Source: Narcine bancroftii
Lineage: Eukaryota
Assembly: GCF_036971445.1 (NCBI RefSeq)
Contig: NC_091473.1
Coordinates: 128,898,001-128,962,000 of the forward strand
Reading direction: 5' to 3'
DNA: 64,000 bases
This document shows, piece after piece, positions 38,535 to 52,392 of this stretch. The notes beneath the pieces were generated by a model. That model saw only the letters and a list, made by a program, of their open reading frames with translations. It was not told the origin of the DNA and did no database searches. Numbering within the stretch: position 1 is the first letter of the stretch; each line of letters opens with the position of its first letter. A program made the translations under genes and the position numbers.

Positions 38535-38622
38535 TGTTATATAGTCAGGATATTGTGAAATATTTTGTAACCATGTAAGAATAATCCCTTCTCACTGTTA
38601 TAACTGTAGTGCATCACTGTGG

Positions 38623-38625
<3 letters not shown>

Positions 38626-38656
<31 letters not shown>
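38626..38656. repeat. (TA)n microsatellite
   Basis: Pure TA run. Confidence 0.95.
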
Positions 38657-38661
<5 letters not shown>

Positions 38662-39171
38662 AATATACATATATGAACAGTTTGCTGAGATGATGGAAGA
38701 TATCAGTAAGTAAAGTCTCTTCTGTTATTTGAATCTTGCATCTCCAAAATATTTAAGAAGCCTTCCAAGTAACACAGAGACATAATACTGTGTAAGCTGT
38801 TGAATTTCTCTGGCACTTTTGTGTACTAAACTCTATTTTGAAATGTTTGATCAAAGAATTGTAAAGTACTTTGGAATATGTACTTAGTAAAGGTAGTTTG
38901 CAACTAATATAAGATGAGCTTCTAGAATCACTCTGATCAAAAGAACTTATGCTGGGATTATGGGAAAAAACACCCATGTGCTCTTAGGCCTAGTTAAATA
39001 AAATGGCAAGCCAATATACTACAAGCCTACAATAATATTATGCCTACTGAAAACTTAAGAGAAAGAGCTGACCAAACGCAAGTGATTCTAATTCTCCACA
39101 CCTCGCCCCATGTTTTTATTCAGGTGTCTGCCTGATTTTCCACATTCAGGCCCAAAAGGTTGAATGCCTTT

Positions 39172-39799
39172 AACACCAACACACAAATGGTGTCGTGAAG
39201 AAAGCACATCAATGCCTCTACTTCCTCATGAATATGCGTAGGTTGGGTATGACATCAGAAACCCTGGCACACTTCTATGGATGTGTGGTGGAAAGTGTGC
39301 TGACCTAATGCATCATGGTTTGGTGTGGGGACACCAATACCCCTGAGTTGAATGCCCTGAAAAAGGTAGTGGACACAGCTCAGGACCTTTCCCACCAATG
39401 AGAATGTCTACAGGGAACGCTGCCGTTGGAGAGCAGCAGCAACCATCAAGGATCCACACCAACCAGCACACACTACGTTCTCACTATAGGTACCAAAGGA
39501 CTCACACCATCAGGTTCAGGAACAGCTGCTACCCCTGCACCATCAGACCCCTCAACAATAAACTGAATCAGGGTCTCTTACTTTTGCACTTTTTTTTCTT
39601 TCTCTGCATTACATAGTCAATTTGTTTACATTTCTCTATTTGTTTAATTTTGTTCGTTGAGTCAGTTTTTTTATTGCAGTACCAAGAATGGTAATTCTGC
39701 TTCATTCATAGAGAAAAGAATTACAAGATTGTATGTAATTTCGTGTCTGTACTCTGAAAATAAATAAGAAAGCAGAAATCTGAAAATCTGAAATCTGAA
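39172..39799 (+). mobile_element. Rex1/Babar 3' fragment inserted into a Penelope pLTR
   Basis: KKAHQCLYFL...VESVL...RFRNSCYP motifs and an (AAATCTG)n tail. PLE end sequence on both sides (39100-39171 and 39800-39885). Confidence 0.8.
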
Positions 39800-40334
39800 C
39801 TTCCTATGGATATTGCATGACCTGGTGAGTTTTCAGCACTTTGTGTACTGTACAAGACCCCAGCATCTGCAGATTTTCTTGTTCACCTCAAACAACAGTG
39901 TTCAGTCAACACTGCACAGATGGATAAAAAAAGTTTTCAGTGGGAGAGAAAGTGGAGAAGAGATGGGTTGAATAAAAAGACCATTTCTGATTGGGTGAGA
40001 CCAAATGAATTAATGTGACATTTAGAAATGGATTACGTGCCTTTATCTGTCCTATTTGTTGCTAATAGCAGGACTGTCAGATGTGCCCAGCAATACTAAT
40101 AGAAAATCTGTGAATCCAAATTGCAGACTGATGGAGACAAAAATTTCCAGTTCTGACACAAACAGAAAGAAGGAGCAGTTTACCGAAAGTTGGAAGGCAG
40201 CAATGTGCTAGATGGAAGATGGGATGTTGTTCCTCAGGATTGTGCTGACCCTGGGTGGAAGAATTCAGGAGGTGTCAATGGGAGAGTTTTAAGTCACTTT
40301 GTGGACACTAGTCATGAAAAACCCATGAACTTAA

Positions 40335-40800
40335 AGATTCTTAAATTCTGAAAATAATACAGAGCAGAAACAGGCCCTTTGGCCCACTCATGCATGTGGT
40401 CAAAGGTGCCTATCTAAGCTGATCCCACTTCCATGAACATGACCTATATCTCTCTATACTTTCCTCTCTATGTACCTGCCTAAAACAGTTTAAACAGCGT
40501 AACTTTACATGTCCCCACCACCATCGCCACAACTCATTCCATGTACTTACCACCCTCTGTTTGAAAAACCTGCCCCTCAGATCCCTTTAAATGCTTCCCT
40601 TCTCACCTAAGCATGTGCCCTCTAGTTGTAGATTGCCCTTTCCCATGCCCTGGGAACAATACTGCGACGATTATGATTTTAGAAATCTCCAGAAGATTAC
40701 CATTGAGCCTCATTTTCCCCAGGGTAAAAATGTCAATTGCTCATTATAACACGTCTCCCAATCCAAGCAATATCTATTCTGCACCCTCCCTTATTTTAAG
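40335..40800 (-). mobile_element. CR1 3' fragment
   Basis: acagagcagaaacaggccctttggccc...caccctctgtttgaaaaac matches reverse-complement CR1 3' ends elsewhere in the window. Confidence 0.7.
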
Positions 40801-40895
40801 CATCTTTTAATTTAAAAAAAATGTAGACATACAACCAGGTAACAAGCCATTTTGGCCCACAAGTCCAATGCCGCCCAATTTACAACCAATTAAAC

Positions 40896-41208
40896 CAGGG
40901 TTGGCCCCAAGGGGGGCATCTGTGGGCATTGTCCTCCAAATGATGTACTGTGTGCCCTCAAACAAGGTCTTGTACCCCCACCCATACAGTCGCGGCCGTC
41001 CCTGGCCATCGCTAGTCAAGTGTCAGTAGCGTCTAGTGATGCTTGACGCCATTAAAAAAAAAGCATCATAATGGCAGGTAGGTCCCAGCCAGCACCTCCC
41101 ACTGCCTTCAACAGGTCCCTGTCAGTCAGCCTACCCCCCCCCCAGCAGAATAAGACCCCTCAAAATCATGAATGCCTCCCTCTAAAATACATTTTGGGGC
41201 TAACCCTG
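40896..41208. mobile_element. hAT-type MITE inserted in a SINE tail
   Basis: TIRs CAGGGTTGGCCCCAA / TTGGGGCTAACCCTG. 8-bp TSD AATTAAAC/AATTAATC. Confidence 0.8.
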
Positions 41209-41452
41209 AATTAATCTACACCGCTGGTGTGTTTTCTATCACAGGGCCACTGGAACTGCACACAATAGTGCACGTTAAGTGTGGTGGAATTAATGTTTTG
41301 TACATGTAGATAGAAATGAAGCACAATGCACATGATCAAATATATAATGCAGTGACATTGTACTTAGTTACAGCTGCCAAGCCTGAACTAGAAGCCATCT
41401 TCTCTGGCTGCCTTTCCTATCAGATAAAATGGCTTGTGCTCCATGCTATCTT

Positions 41453-41531
41453 GGAGGTGGGGGGGGGAGGTGGGGTGGGGGCGGAGGTGGGGGGGGGAGG
41501 TGGGGGGGGAGGTGGGGTGGGTGGGGGGGAG
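41453..41531 (+). repeat. G-tract array (potential G-quadruplex)
   Basis: Many consecutive G3+ runs with (GGAGGTGGGG)-like units. Confidence 0.7.
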
Positions 41532-41857
41532 AACTCATAATGACACCAATGCTCCTTTGGCTCATCAACAGTGAGTACCATCTAATGATTGGGTGCTGAT
41601 TTGTGCCTTTGATTAAGAATTATGAATTAAGTTCACTTGGCTTTTTAAAATAACTATCTGATTGGTTCCATTCCCCTACACTCTTCTTCATGAGCTTGAA
41701 AATGTTTTTATGTCTACTCAATTCCATTTTGAAGGTTGAATCTGCTTCCATTATTCTTTTAGCTTGGATATTCCACTTCATAACAAAGGAGAAATGGAAT
41801 GCTGCAGACAAGAGTGCTGGAGAAGCTCTGCAGGTCACACAGTATCCATGGAAAGCA

Positions 41858-41887
41858 ATGCTTCGGGCCTAAGCCCTTCTTCAAGAG
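41858..41887 (-). ncRNA. Degenerate minimal hammerhead-ribozyme-like motif of a PLE pLTR
   Basis: Reverse complement UUGAAGA-A-GGGC-UUAG-GCCC-GAAG-CAUU: CUGANGA-like box, 4-bp stem II, GAA box. Core substitutions mean it is probably inactive. Confidence 0.5.
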
Positions 41888-41964
41888 TGCCAAGAATCAG
41901 GCCTGAATAGAAATGTGGGAGAGGTGGAAGGAGCAGAGGTTAACAGGTATAAGGTATTGGGCGA

Positions 41965-42387
41965 GGAACTCATGGAGGCTATGTGCTGCTGGAGACCTGA
42001 TGGAAGACTCGTGCCGGGCTGCGGACTACTGGAGACTGCCTCGAAACTGCCTGAGGGGGTACCAGGTATCGGAACCGGGATGTGAGGGGGTGCGGAAGGT
42101 GTTGAAGGGTTCTTGACTGTTTTGGAGGTTTGGATCTGAAGCTTGGGTTGCCAATGGTTTGGGCTGGACTCTATGTGGCTGCAGAAGTGGAAGTGCCACT
42201 GGTGAATCTATGGACACTCGGTGACTCTGGGGGACTCTCTTTTGCTTCTCTTTCTCTGATTTGTAAGAAGCATTTCAGGCAATTTCTGCCAATGGTAAAT
42301 CTGTCTGCATTGCAGCAGGCAAAAGCCATTTCATGTAATATTACACTGTTTTATTTCAAAGACAATAAATTGAGTCTTGAATCTTGA
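41965..42387 (+). mobile_element. Unclassified non-coding retroposon, copy 2, inserted in PLE
   Basis: Homologous to 585-954. GACAATAAA followed by a GAATCTTGA tail. Confidence 0.65.
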
Positions 42388-43760
42388 TGTGGATAGAGGT
42401 GGGAGGCTAGAAGAGAAAAAAACTGAGAAGTGATAGGGGAGAGGTCAGAGAGCTAAAAAAAATAACTCGTTCACAGAAGGAAGATAAGTGGGTGGGAAGC
42501 TGGATGAAGGGAGCAGAGGGATGAGGGAAAATGAGCAATGGGGAAGGTGATATAATGGAAATTGGAACCATCAGTCATGATGCTGTCTGGTTGGAGAACG
42601 CTGTAACAGAATACAATTTACAGGTGGCATAAACTTGGCAGTACATGAGGCCATGGGCAAATATGTCAATGTGAGAGTGGGGTGTGGAATTGAAGTTGTT
42701 GACCACTGGGTGTTCCTTGCTGTTAGTATGGACCGAGCAAAGATTCTCAATGAAATGATCTCCCAGTCTGCATTCATTCTCACCAATGTAGAGGAGGCAG
42801 CATCGGATGCAGTAAATTACCCCTACAGTTTGACAGGTGAGGTGTTGCTTTACTTGGAAGGGCTGTTTGTGGCTCCAAATCATGGTGAGGGAGGAGGTGT
42901 AAGTAAGTGCAAGTATAACACCTCTTCTTATCATAGGAGTAAGTACCGGGGTGGGGTTTAAGGGATGATCGGACGAGGGAGTCATGGTGGGGAGATGCAC
43001 TGGGCCACGGCATCTGCAGATTTCTTGCTTACCAATATAAAATGCTTCTACTTTTGGTAATTATATAAAATCTGTGGTTACTGACCTTCTTTGAAGTGAA
43101 AACAATCTCTCTTTATTTACTTTGCCAAATCCTTCCCATCAGTTTGAAAAGCTCTGTATGATCGCCTCCTCACTCAAAAGAAGACCAGTCTCAACTTCTT
43201 TTGCCTCCTGCTAAGTGCTGCAGCATTTGCCTGTGGGTTCTTGGACGTGAACCTGTCTCTTGACTCTCACCTGCTCCATGAAAATTTTCAGGTATGTATC
43301 AACTGAAACTGGACATCCTCAAATATGTTGTGGAAAATGTCGAAGATTCACTTCAAATTGCTACTTATTTCAGTTAACCTCTACGATGCAGCTCATTTTC
43401 AGTAGCTCTCTGGCTGCTGGAAACTTTAGCTGAACAAGTGGTGAGTTTGCAATAGCAAGGTTGCTAGCTCACCTCTTGTAAAATAGGCCTAATTATTGAA
43501 ATAGTTTTGATAACATGGCCTGTTTCAAATGACCTCACACACCATCTGCCTAATTACTGCAATGTCTGTTACTGCAAAATCATTATGGAGGAGTTTGGTT
43601 GTCACAGTAAAGATATCTTCAAACACTGCTTAAGTTCATTTGGGATAGCTATAGAATATCGTAGGTCATCAACATTTCTTTTCATTTGCCTCTTACGTAA
43701 TTAAAATATCTTACCGTCTTTTTTGTTGAATCATTTTAATGGAACGTGGATTGTCTATTC

Positions 43761-44433
43761 CAGGGGTGCTGAACCACAGCTTGTGAGCCACATGCGGCTC
43801 TTTGACATATCAAGTGTGGCTCGCGGAAATTATTGTACGAGCCAGTGCTCAGAGTGGAAGTGTCAGTGGGTGTAGCATGTGATTGAAAATATTTGGTACA
43901 TATATGTGTGTGTACTTTTTGATTATTGAAACTAATACAGATTAGCAGTTTAAAAACTACATACATGAATATTATTATGTGCATTTATTTCTTAATATTG
44001 ATATAAATTTTGGCCATAAAAGGGCAGCACAGTCGGCGAGGGCAGCATGGTGGGTGTAGTGTTTGGCGCAACGCCTTTACAGCACCAGCGATAGGGACCA
44101 AGGTTCAAATCCAGCACTGTCTGTAAGGAGTTTGTATATTCTCCCTGTGTCTGCTTGGGTTTTCCTTGGGGGCTCTGGTTTCCTCCCACCATTTGAAACA
44201 TACAAGTGGTGTTGGTTCATTGGGTGTAAATTGGGTGGCACGGACTCGTTGCCTGAAATGGTCTGTTATCGTGCTGTATGTATAATTTTTTTTTAAATTA
44301 CATAAAAAATTTAATTTAAAAAATACATGTAAGAGTAAAAACATGTTTGTAATTTTCTTCATGTCTTGTGATACTCAAACACCTTTACTTTATCATATGT
44401 GGCTCTTGTGTTAAGCAAGTTTGGCCACCCTTG
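43761..44433. mobile_element. hAT (Charlie-like) MITE containing a SINE
   Basis: TIRs CAGGGGTGCTGAAC / GTTTGGCCACCCTTG. 8-bp TSD GTCTATTC/GTCTATCC. Confidence 0.85.
44022..44285 (+). mobile_element. tRNA-derived SINE (V-SINE/HE1-like)
   Basis: B-box GGTTCAAATCC near 44102, then core gtaaggagtttgtatattctccctgtgtctgcttgggtttt. Confidence 0.85.
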
Positions 44434-45189
44434 GTCTATCCCAAGAACTAACGAGCTGGACCATATCAGAAGTCATTTATAAGTCAACCTCATTGGTGAC
44501 TCTGATTCACATATTGGCCTGTCCTGATTGACATGGTGGGTTTTACTTTCTTGATGGAAATTAACAGATCAGATGAATAAATTTACAGTCACCATTTTCA
44601 TTTAATTATCAAGTTAAATTTGAAGTAATTTTCTTCAGTCAATCTTCCTCTTGAGGTCCATCTCCATTACAAAACGTGGTCTTCAATAAATATGATTCAC
44701 ATAACAAGAAATGGGTTAGAGTTCTTGCTTCTGCAAAGTCAGTGGGATCGGGCATCAACTCAGAGGACATGTGCTGCAGAACCTGATGTTCTTCGATCCA
44801 GCAGAGTTATAACATTGGCAATGTGAACAATTATCCAAGAACGTTCTGTCCGCATTTAGCAAAATTGATCCAATTCTGCTAATTATTGTCCATTCAACTT
44901 ACTCTTAATCAATTGCAAAGTGATGGAAAATCCTGTAAACCATTTCTTAGTATCTAATCGACAGTTCAAAGGAACTCAGTTCTGTTTTGCCAGTGTCACT
45001 CAACTCCAGATCCCAACACAGCATTTGCCCAAAATGGAGAAAAGGCTTGAAAAGGAAGGGAAAGTTCAGAGTGACTTGTCATCAGTATATCACTTGCATA
45101 AGAATTGTGGTATCAAAAAACTGACAAAACTGGTCTATGGTATTAGGGGGAAAACTCAAAGGAAAGTGGTTTGTGGTTGTTATAGACCT

Positions 45190-46710
45190 GTTCCTAGACA
45201 TCACTGAGGGAAACTTTCAGGGCAATGTCCAAACCCCAATGATCTTCAGTTGCTGCATCAGTAACTTGTCTCCTCGATAAGAACAGAAGTGAATTGTTTA
45301 TGATAGTACAATCATCAATTCTATTTGCAAAGTTTCCCATAATTAAGAAGATCATGCAAGAGGACATATTGCAGGCAAAGTCTGAAGGTAACACAGGTCA
45401 CCTTCAACCTGAAAGTATAACCAACAATCCTCTTCATTCAAAAGAATTAACGTCATAAATCCTCTGAGTGTGTGTAAGGTTACTATTGATCAAAAACCTA
45501 ATTAGTCCAGCCACATAATTGTTACTCTGGGAGCATGTCAATGGCTGGGTACCTGAAGAGAGTGACTCACCTACTTGGCTAAAGATTTTCACCTTCTACA
45601 AAATCGGACCATGATAGAAAACTTCCCAATTGCTGTAAAGAGTACAGCTCTACTGATTTTCTAAAACCCTGATAGCATTTAAAGCAAAGCAATCCATTTG
45701 ATTGATGATCCTTTTAAAACACTAATATTCACTTCTTCCACCTCCAGAGACCAGCCAAAGTTCCTTCCAGAGAAACTTAGATTGAGATATATTTATTATT
45801 TTCACATGTACTAATATGCGGCAAAAATGTTTCTTTTGCATGGCATTAAGCAAGCTTGCAAAGTGCCTCCATGTTATGGCGCCATCTTGCAGAAAAAAAA
45901 GAAGAGGAAAAGAGAGGGGTTACAAGAAATAACGTCCCTTCAGAGACAAAGAGAGGTCAAGGATCATGCCACCTGTAAGGCAATAGCCACGACCTCTTGT
46001 TTCGACTGTTCATATTGTTCCTGCATGTCGTCCAAGCTCAAATTTATTGTCAGAGTACATACATGACATTACATGCAACCCTGAGATTTATTTTTCTGTG
46101 GGCCAGGCAGAATTTCAACTTATCGGTAGTGTAAACTATTATCAAGAGAAAGATACGTATGTAAATAAGGAAAGAAATTTTCATTTTGACATTCATCACA
46201 GTAATAGACCCTTTTAGCCAACAAGCCCGTGCCACCCAATTATTCCCAAATGACATACAACCCCGTTATATTTTTGATTGGTGGGAGGAAACCAGAACAC
46301 CCAGAGGAAACCAACACAGACACAGGGAAAACATGCAAACTCCTTACAGACAGTGCTGGATTTGAACCCCAGTCGCTGGCACTGTAACAGCATGGCGTTA
46401 AATGCTGTGCTAACTCGTACCATCCTCATGTAAACAAACTGACTGTGCAAATCCATGAACTACTTCACCGAGGAGGATCAAGGAAGTAGACACGTTAGCA
46501 TCACTACAAGTTGTACAACATATGGACGGAACCATACAGTGTTCTCCTTCATTGTTGCTGGGTGAAAATACTTTCAGCTCTGTGAAAGCTGACTACTGCA
46601 CTTCTAGGAGTTGGCTCACCATCACTATCTCTTGGGGAATTAGTGATGGTCAATAAATCCAAGCCTTGCCAATCATAGCCACATCCCCATAAATGAAAAT
46701 AAATAAATAA
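45190..46710 (+). mobile_element. Old CR1/L2-type LINE remnant with younger inserts
   Basis: Degenerate RT-like sequence at about 45200-45320. 3' UTR ggctcaccatcact...caataaat...cacatcccc at 46610-46705. Confidence 0.45.
46205..46415 (-). mobile_element. tRNA-derived SINE (V-SINE/HE1-like)
   Basis: Reverse complement of the same SINE core and B-box (ggatttgaaccc). Confidence 0.85.
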
Positions 46711-47912
46711 GCATGATGAAAGGATGAAATTCAGTACTTGTCCCTTGATCAATAGTCCAAGGGTTGGATTTATAGTCAGTGACTGAAAAATTCAGCCAGC
46801 CTTTCTTTGCATTATTTTTCTGAATGAGAAGCTTTCTGTCTGTGAGTTCTCTCTTTCCGAACATATATTCTTTTATGTGGTAAAGAAGTGGAATATACTG
46901 AAGGAATATCTTTTAGTTCTTCGTTTAAATTGTTCATAAAAAATGATTTGCCAATTATACATAAACATTGTTTGTGTCAAATAATATTCTGCAAATTACT
47001 CAGTTGTCTTAGATATTAAGTCTCATTAAAATAATATAACTATGTATTTTGAAACTGTATCTATTAATGCATATTGATAAAAAGATCCATTTTATGTAAT
47101 TAGTTTCAGGAAAATGCAACTTTTCTCTTAGATAATTAGTCCCATGGAATTACTCATGATGGAAATACTGTTTAATTCTCGATCACTCTGAATCAAGAAT
47201 ATTATGATTCATTCTGAAGCATTTTTCAAATAGCTCTTAATTAATCAGTGTCATTCTTCATTATTAGTTAAGCTCGCCGACACTAATAATTTAGTGAACC
47301 AGTCAATGCTGATAGGTTGTTGGAGATCTCATCAAGCCAACCAAAGCACAACGTGATGTAGGTCAGGCAGAAAACAACATATAGTGTGTCTGTGCACTGT
47401 CAAAAGAAGTGATTGGATCTTGTTCATGTTGCAAACCAATTTAAAATAACGATTGAACATGGATTAAAGATGCAATAATATGTGTTGAAGTAATTTAGCC
47501 TTTTTGGAAAAACACTGTAGTTCTTTCATATTTAAGTCACGTCATTACATGTGTCAGGATTAAGTAGAAATTCTTTTGATTGCAGAGGAAACAGAAATAA
47601 TTATTAATTCCAAATGGTTCTTAAAATATTTTTAAGTTCCTGTACCCTCTGAGATATTAAGGGGAAATAATATTTCAACTTTGTCAATCATTCTAAATTA
47701 TTTTGACTCCAGTATTTGGAATTTCTACTTGCTTCCAGAGATTTTCTTTTACAATAAATCCCACTCCTTTGAAATCTACCAGTGTCATTTGAACAATTGG
47801 GTATCTGCATTGGCAAAAGCATATGTAGGAGAATGTTACAAATTAGATGGTTCATTCTGAGTGGCCATACCCGTATAATGTAATAAAAGTTCCACCTGCA
47901 ATGAAAGAATGC

Positions 47913-50900
47913 TAGTGATAATTTTGACCACAGGAGGGAGTCAGAGACATGTTGTTGCAGTGAGGAGTAGATTCAAAATGGATGCATCCACAAGGATGCA
48001 TATATATTGTTGATACTGGAGTGGAAGAAACACTCGCGTGTGCAATGTGAGAATCAGTCGATAGCAGCAGAAAAAAATAAAGAGTGTAAACTCTTGATGC
48101 TGTAAAGTGGACTGTAAATGTCAACCACAACTAGAAGATGTTCAAACAATGATTTAAGCTATATATACAAGCATTGGACTTGATTACAAACCTGATGCAT
48201 GGAAGATTGCACTGTTACTTACCATGACGGGAACTCAAGCATGAGAGATTTTCAATACATTTGTCTTTGGCGAGGCAGTTGACTAGGGGAAGTTCAACAA
48301 GGTTATCAAGATGTTTGATGAACACTATTCACCAAAGAAAAATGAAATGTTTGAGAGGTATGTGTTTTGCTTACACATGCAGCTGCAGGGAAAGAGCTTT
48401 GATACTTCTTTAAATGACTTAAAATTAAAAGCAAGAACAGGCAATTTCAGACCACTGCAAGATTCAATGATCCATGATCAAATTATGAAAGTGAGAGATT
48501 CAGAGCTTACCTTAGCTGGAGCTGTGAAGATATGGCACACCAGTGAACTAACTCAAAAGCATGCAAAAAAGTTTGGTGATAGTACAAAAGCCAGTGAAAA
48601 TGAAGGTAGAGTCATACTCACAATGTCTGGACACACACCTAAACAAAAAAAAAATGAGACATAGGAAACAACAAAAAGATGGAGAGACTTCAATGGTAAA
48701 CAATGCCCAGTCAATGGAAAAGTCTGTAATAAAAATCATTACTCAAGGCAATGTTTTTTTCAAAGGGAAACAAAATAGAAGTGAAGGCATGCATACTGCA
48801 CACACTATAGAAGTATCTACTCTCAGTGATGCACTCTTCATTGACATGGTAATGCAGAAAAATTATAAACCATCAAACACTGAACAGATAAGTGTGAACA
48901 GAGTCAAGCAGGATAAATGAACTGTGTCACTGCACACAAATGGAACAAATATTCCTTTCAAGCTGGACGCAGGAGCAAAAGTCAATTTGATCTGTGAGCG
49001 TGATCTCAGGGCAATGAGGATGAAGCCATACCTCTATGCAAATCCTGAACAGATCAAAGCCAACAATGGACAGAGCAACGACACAAAATGTAGATGTAAA
49101 CTCAAGGCGAAAGTTAAAAATGAAGAGCACCATCTCAGATTCACAGTAGTCCCAGATGGACATGAATCTCTGCTTGGTGACAAAGCCTGTGAAAACTTAA
49201 GCCTAGTCAAAACCATGTGCCTAAGGAAGTTGTTACAGGACAAATATGAATTTAAATGGACAAACAACCATGAGGAAGAATGGGGATGATTGAAGACCAT
49301 TTTAACTACAGAACCAGTGCTTTTAATATTCTTTGATACATCCAGAAGGATGAAAATATCTGCAGATGTTTCAAAAGATGGGCTAGGCGCCGTACTACTT
49401 CAGGGTGTAGGAGAAGATTGGAGGCCAGTAGCATGCACATCAAGGGCGATGACAACATCTGAATGTTGATATGCACAGATCGAGAAAGAGTGTCTAGGTC
49501 TGGTCTATGGACTCAAGAAATTCCAGTTATGTGTATAGTCCACCAACGTTTATGGCAGAGAGAGACCACAGCCATTAATAGTGATAATCCAGATAAATCT
49601 CAGTGAAATATCACAGTGAATCAAAAGATTGATGATGAAGCTACAACGGTATGACTTTAAATTGATGCATACACCAGGGAAATTTATTGTGTTAGCTGAT
49701 GATTTATTGAGGGCAATGACATAGAGTGAAGCATGCAATGAGAGTTCCACAGAGCCAAATGTGAATCTCCATGTGAATCTGATCACTGAATCTCTTCATC
49801 TATCTGACATGAAATCCAAGCAGATAGCAGCTGAAACAGAAAAAGACACAGTTCTATCGAAGGTCATCAAGAATCTGAATGAAGGATAGCTTAGAGGTGA
49901 ATATCAGCCATATATCAGTGCTGAGCTGAGTGTTGTCAATGGGCTTCTATTCAGAAAGAGCAGAATTGTCATTCCTCAATCACTGTGACAAGAGATGCTG
50001 AAAGGGTTCATGAGGGGCACTTAGGAAAGGAAAAATGCAAGAGGAAAAATAGAATTGTTTATTTGCCAGAGATAAATGGTGACATTGACAGGATGGTTTC
50101 AAGTTGTGAGACCTGTTTGAAGCATCATGCAAACTAGACAAAGGATCCCATGATCACAACTGACTTACTAGCAGATCCATGGCAGAAAGTTAGGACTAAT
50201 CTGTTCCACATGGTTGGAAATAATTACTTGCTGGTTATTGATTATCTATCAATCGATCTGGAGATTGCACTGCTTCCTAACATGCTTGTGCCCATAGTTT
50301 AATGGTAAATCAGAGAAAGGTGTTCACATAGTTAAACAGTTGCCCAAGAAAGCACATGATATTGGCTCAGATCCTTATCTAGCTCTACAGATATATAGAG
50401 ATTCACCACTTGAACAAGGCATGTCACTCACTGAGCTTCTGATTGGACATAGACTATGCACAACACTTCCTACTCTGCAGACCCAAACAAGAAGAGTGAT
50501 GTCAAAGATGTTGAATGGAAATAAAAGCATCTGCAATGGGGACAGAAAGCAAACAATGACAAGTCAGCAAGAAACTTAGGACACAATGAGACTCAGAAAT
50601 TCAAACATTTGAGACAAAAAGGCTACAGTTCTGGAGGAAGTAAATTCAAGATCCTATACTATCAGAGCAGAGAATGGTCAAATACTGAGGAAGAATCGAA
50701 AGAGCCTGCTGAAAATGCAAGAGACACTGCAAAAACAGACAAGTGCAAAAGGTCCAGCCTGCTCAGCAACAGAGGAAACTACCAGTGCTGGATAGTAGTG
50801 AACCAAAAGAGCCTAAACAAGCACCTGTGTTGAGAAGATCCACACATATTATCAAAGCACCTGACAGACTGAATCTATAAAAGAAAAAGAACTGCACACT

Positions 50901-51190
50901 TAAAAAGTTTGCGCTGCTGATATGTGTGTTTACATTTGTGTTGAACTTTAAATTGAAATGTATATTGTATTAGTGTGTCATGTTGTTAGATTAAACATCT
51001 CAAAGAAAGGGGATGTGATAATAGAGTACAAGTGATAATCCTGACCACTAGAGGGAGTCAGAGACGAGTTGTTGAAGATAGAAGTAGATTCAAAATGGAT
51101 GCCTTCATGAGGTCATGAGTGCTATAGCTAACAAACTATAGTTGTTGTAAAATAACCCAAGTTTCTTTATTAAATAAAAGAAACATCACA
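47913..51190 (+). mobile_element. Internally deleted Gypsy LTR retrotransposon (third family)
   Basis: 3' LTR 51014-51190 (TGTGAT...ATCACA) after PPT AAAGAAAGGGGA. Partial 5' LTR match at 47913-47985. gag KKNEMFERYVF, protease FKLDAGAKVN, RNase H ADVSKDGLGAVL and AQIEKE, integrase HEGHLG. RT core deleted near 49215. Confidence 0.85.
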
Positions 51191-51686
51191 TCACCTAGGA
51201 CTGGAATTCATTAGAATAATAGAATACCCGATTGCTAATTAGGTACTCTCTGCTCATCTTGCACGATGCATACATTATCGTGCTCTGGAAAACTGTCCAA
51301 TTGTATGTTCAGTGGCAAGTTGGGGTTTTAGCCAATGAATGACCCTGAATATTTTTATAAAAATTCTCTAAAATTATTGCATGTTTGCTAATATAAACTA
51401 ATGTTTTAATTTGATGGCATAATTGAGGTGGCATCAATGCTACCCTGAAATAGAACACAGAACAGTAGAGCTCAAGAAGAGTTCCTTTAGCTTATGTGTC
51501 TACGTTGAATATTATGCCCAAGTTAAACTAAAGCTACTGCTTGCAGATGATACATATGGATAATCCCTGCCTATTCATGTGTATGTTTAGAAGCCTCTTC
51601 CAGCCCTTTCCAGATCAGGGTTATGTCTGTGGCGATCTGGTTCCAGTTTCCTTACAGCAGCACTAGACCTTGACATATATTTCTTA

Positions 51687-51925
51687 GGGCAACACAGTAG
51701 GCGAAGTGGCTATCACAACATCTTACAGTGCCGGTGATCCAGGTTTAAATACAGCACTCCCTGTAAGGAATTTGTACAGTCTCTGTGTTTTGTCAGGGTG
51801 CTCCAATTTCATCCCACCTTCCAAAATTTATGGGTTAGTAGGTGATTGGTCATATGGGTGCATTTGAACAGTGTAGGCTTGGAAGTGTCTCTTGCCATGC
51901 TTTATCTCTAAATAAAAAAAAATAA
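51687..51925 (+). mobile_element. tRNA-derived SINE (V-SINE/HE1-like)
   Basis: Same head and core as 44022-44285, with an A-rich tail. Confidence 0.75.
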
Positions 51926-52169
51926 ATGAAAAATTTAATTAAGAATCAAGTACTTGAAGGTATATAATTTTCTCTCCTTTATGAGCCTGCTGCTCTCTCC
52001 CACAATTTAAAGTAGTCCATAGGGCTCACGTGTCCAAAGTCAAGCTATCACTTTTTTAAGTGAATGTATCTCCTCATTCTGATAAATGCAACAATGGAGA
52101 TGCTTCATTAATTTATATGTTACGGACATGTCAGAGTCTTGAGAAATATTGGAACAAAGTTGAAGAGCA

Positions 52170-52392
52170 CGTTGAAAGAACCAAAGACTTGTTGATCCAA
52201 ACCAAGACTTTTATTAACTAAAAGACTGGAGCATATCACATGTAGGTCGACCAGTCCAGAATGACCTGGTCTGGCCAGGAGCAATCCTTTAAGACCTGCC
52301 AGTAGGTGTGGCTACACTCTCAGCCAATCACAGTCATCCTACACTACCATCTGTACATACACACATTGGTGATAGAATCTGTACTATCACCA
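52170..52392 (-). mobile_element. Probable solo LTR
   Basis: TTTATT near the left end (minus-strand AATAAA), CCAAT, discrete higher-GC block. Terminal hairpin GGTGATAG...CTATCACC. Confidence 0.5.

Larger units (their letters stand above)
41790..43030 (-). mobile_element. Penelope-like fragment (GIY-YIG plus pLTR)
   Basis: FQVKQHLTCQTVGVIYCIRC..LYIGENECRLGDHF.E.L...HPVVNNFN. pLTR hammerhead-like core at 41858-41887. Confidence 0.85.

Noticed and set aside
38535-38774. Possible solo LTR (TGTTA...TAACA) containing the TA repeat
   Set aside because: No matching TSD and no second copy in the window.
44022-44115. tRNA gene
   Set aside because: A B-box is present, but it continues into the SINE core and recurs in multiple diverged copies.
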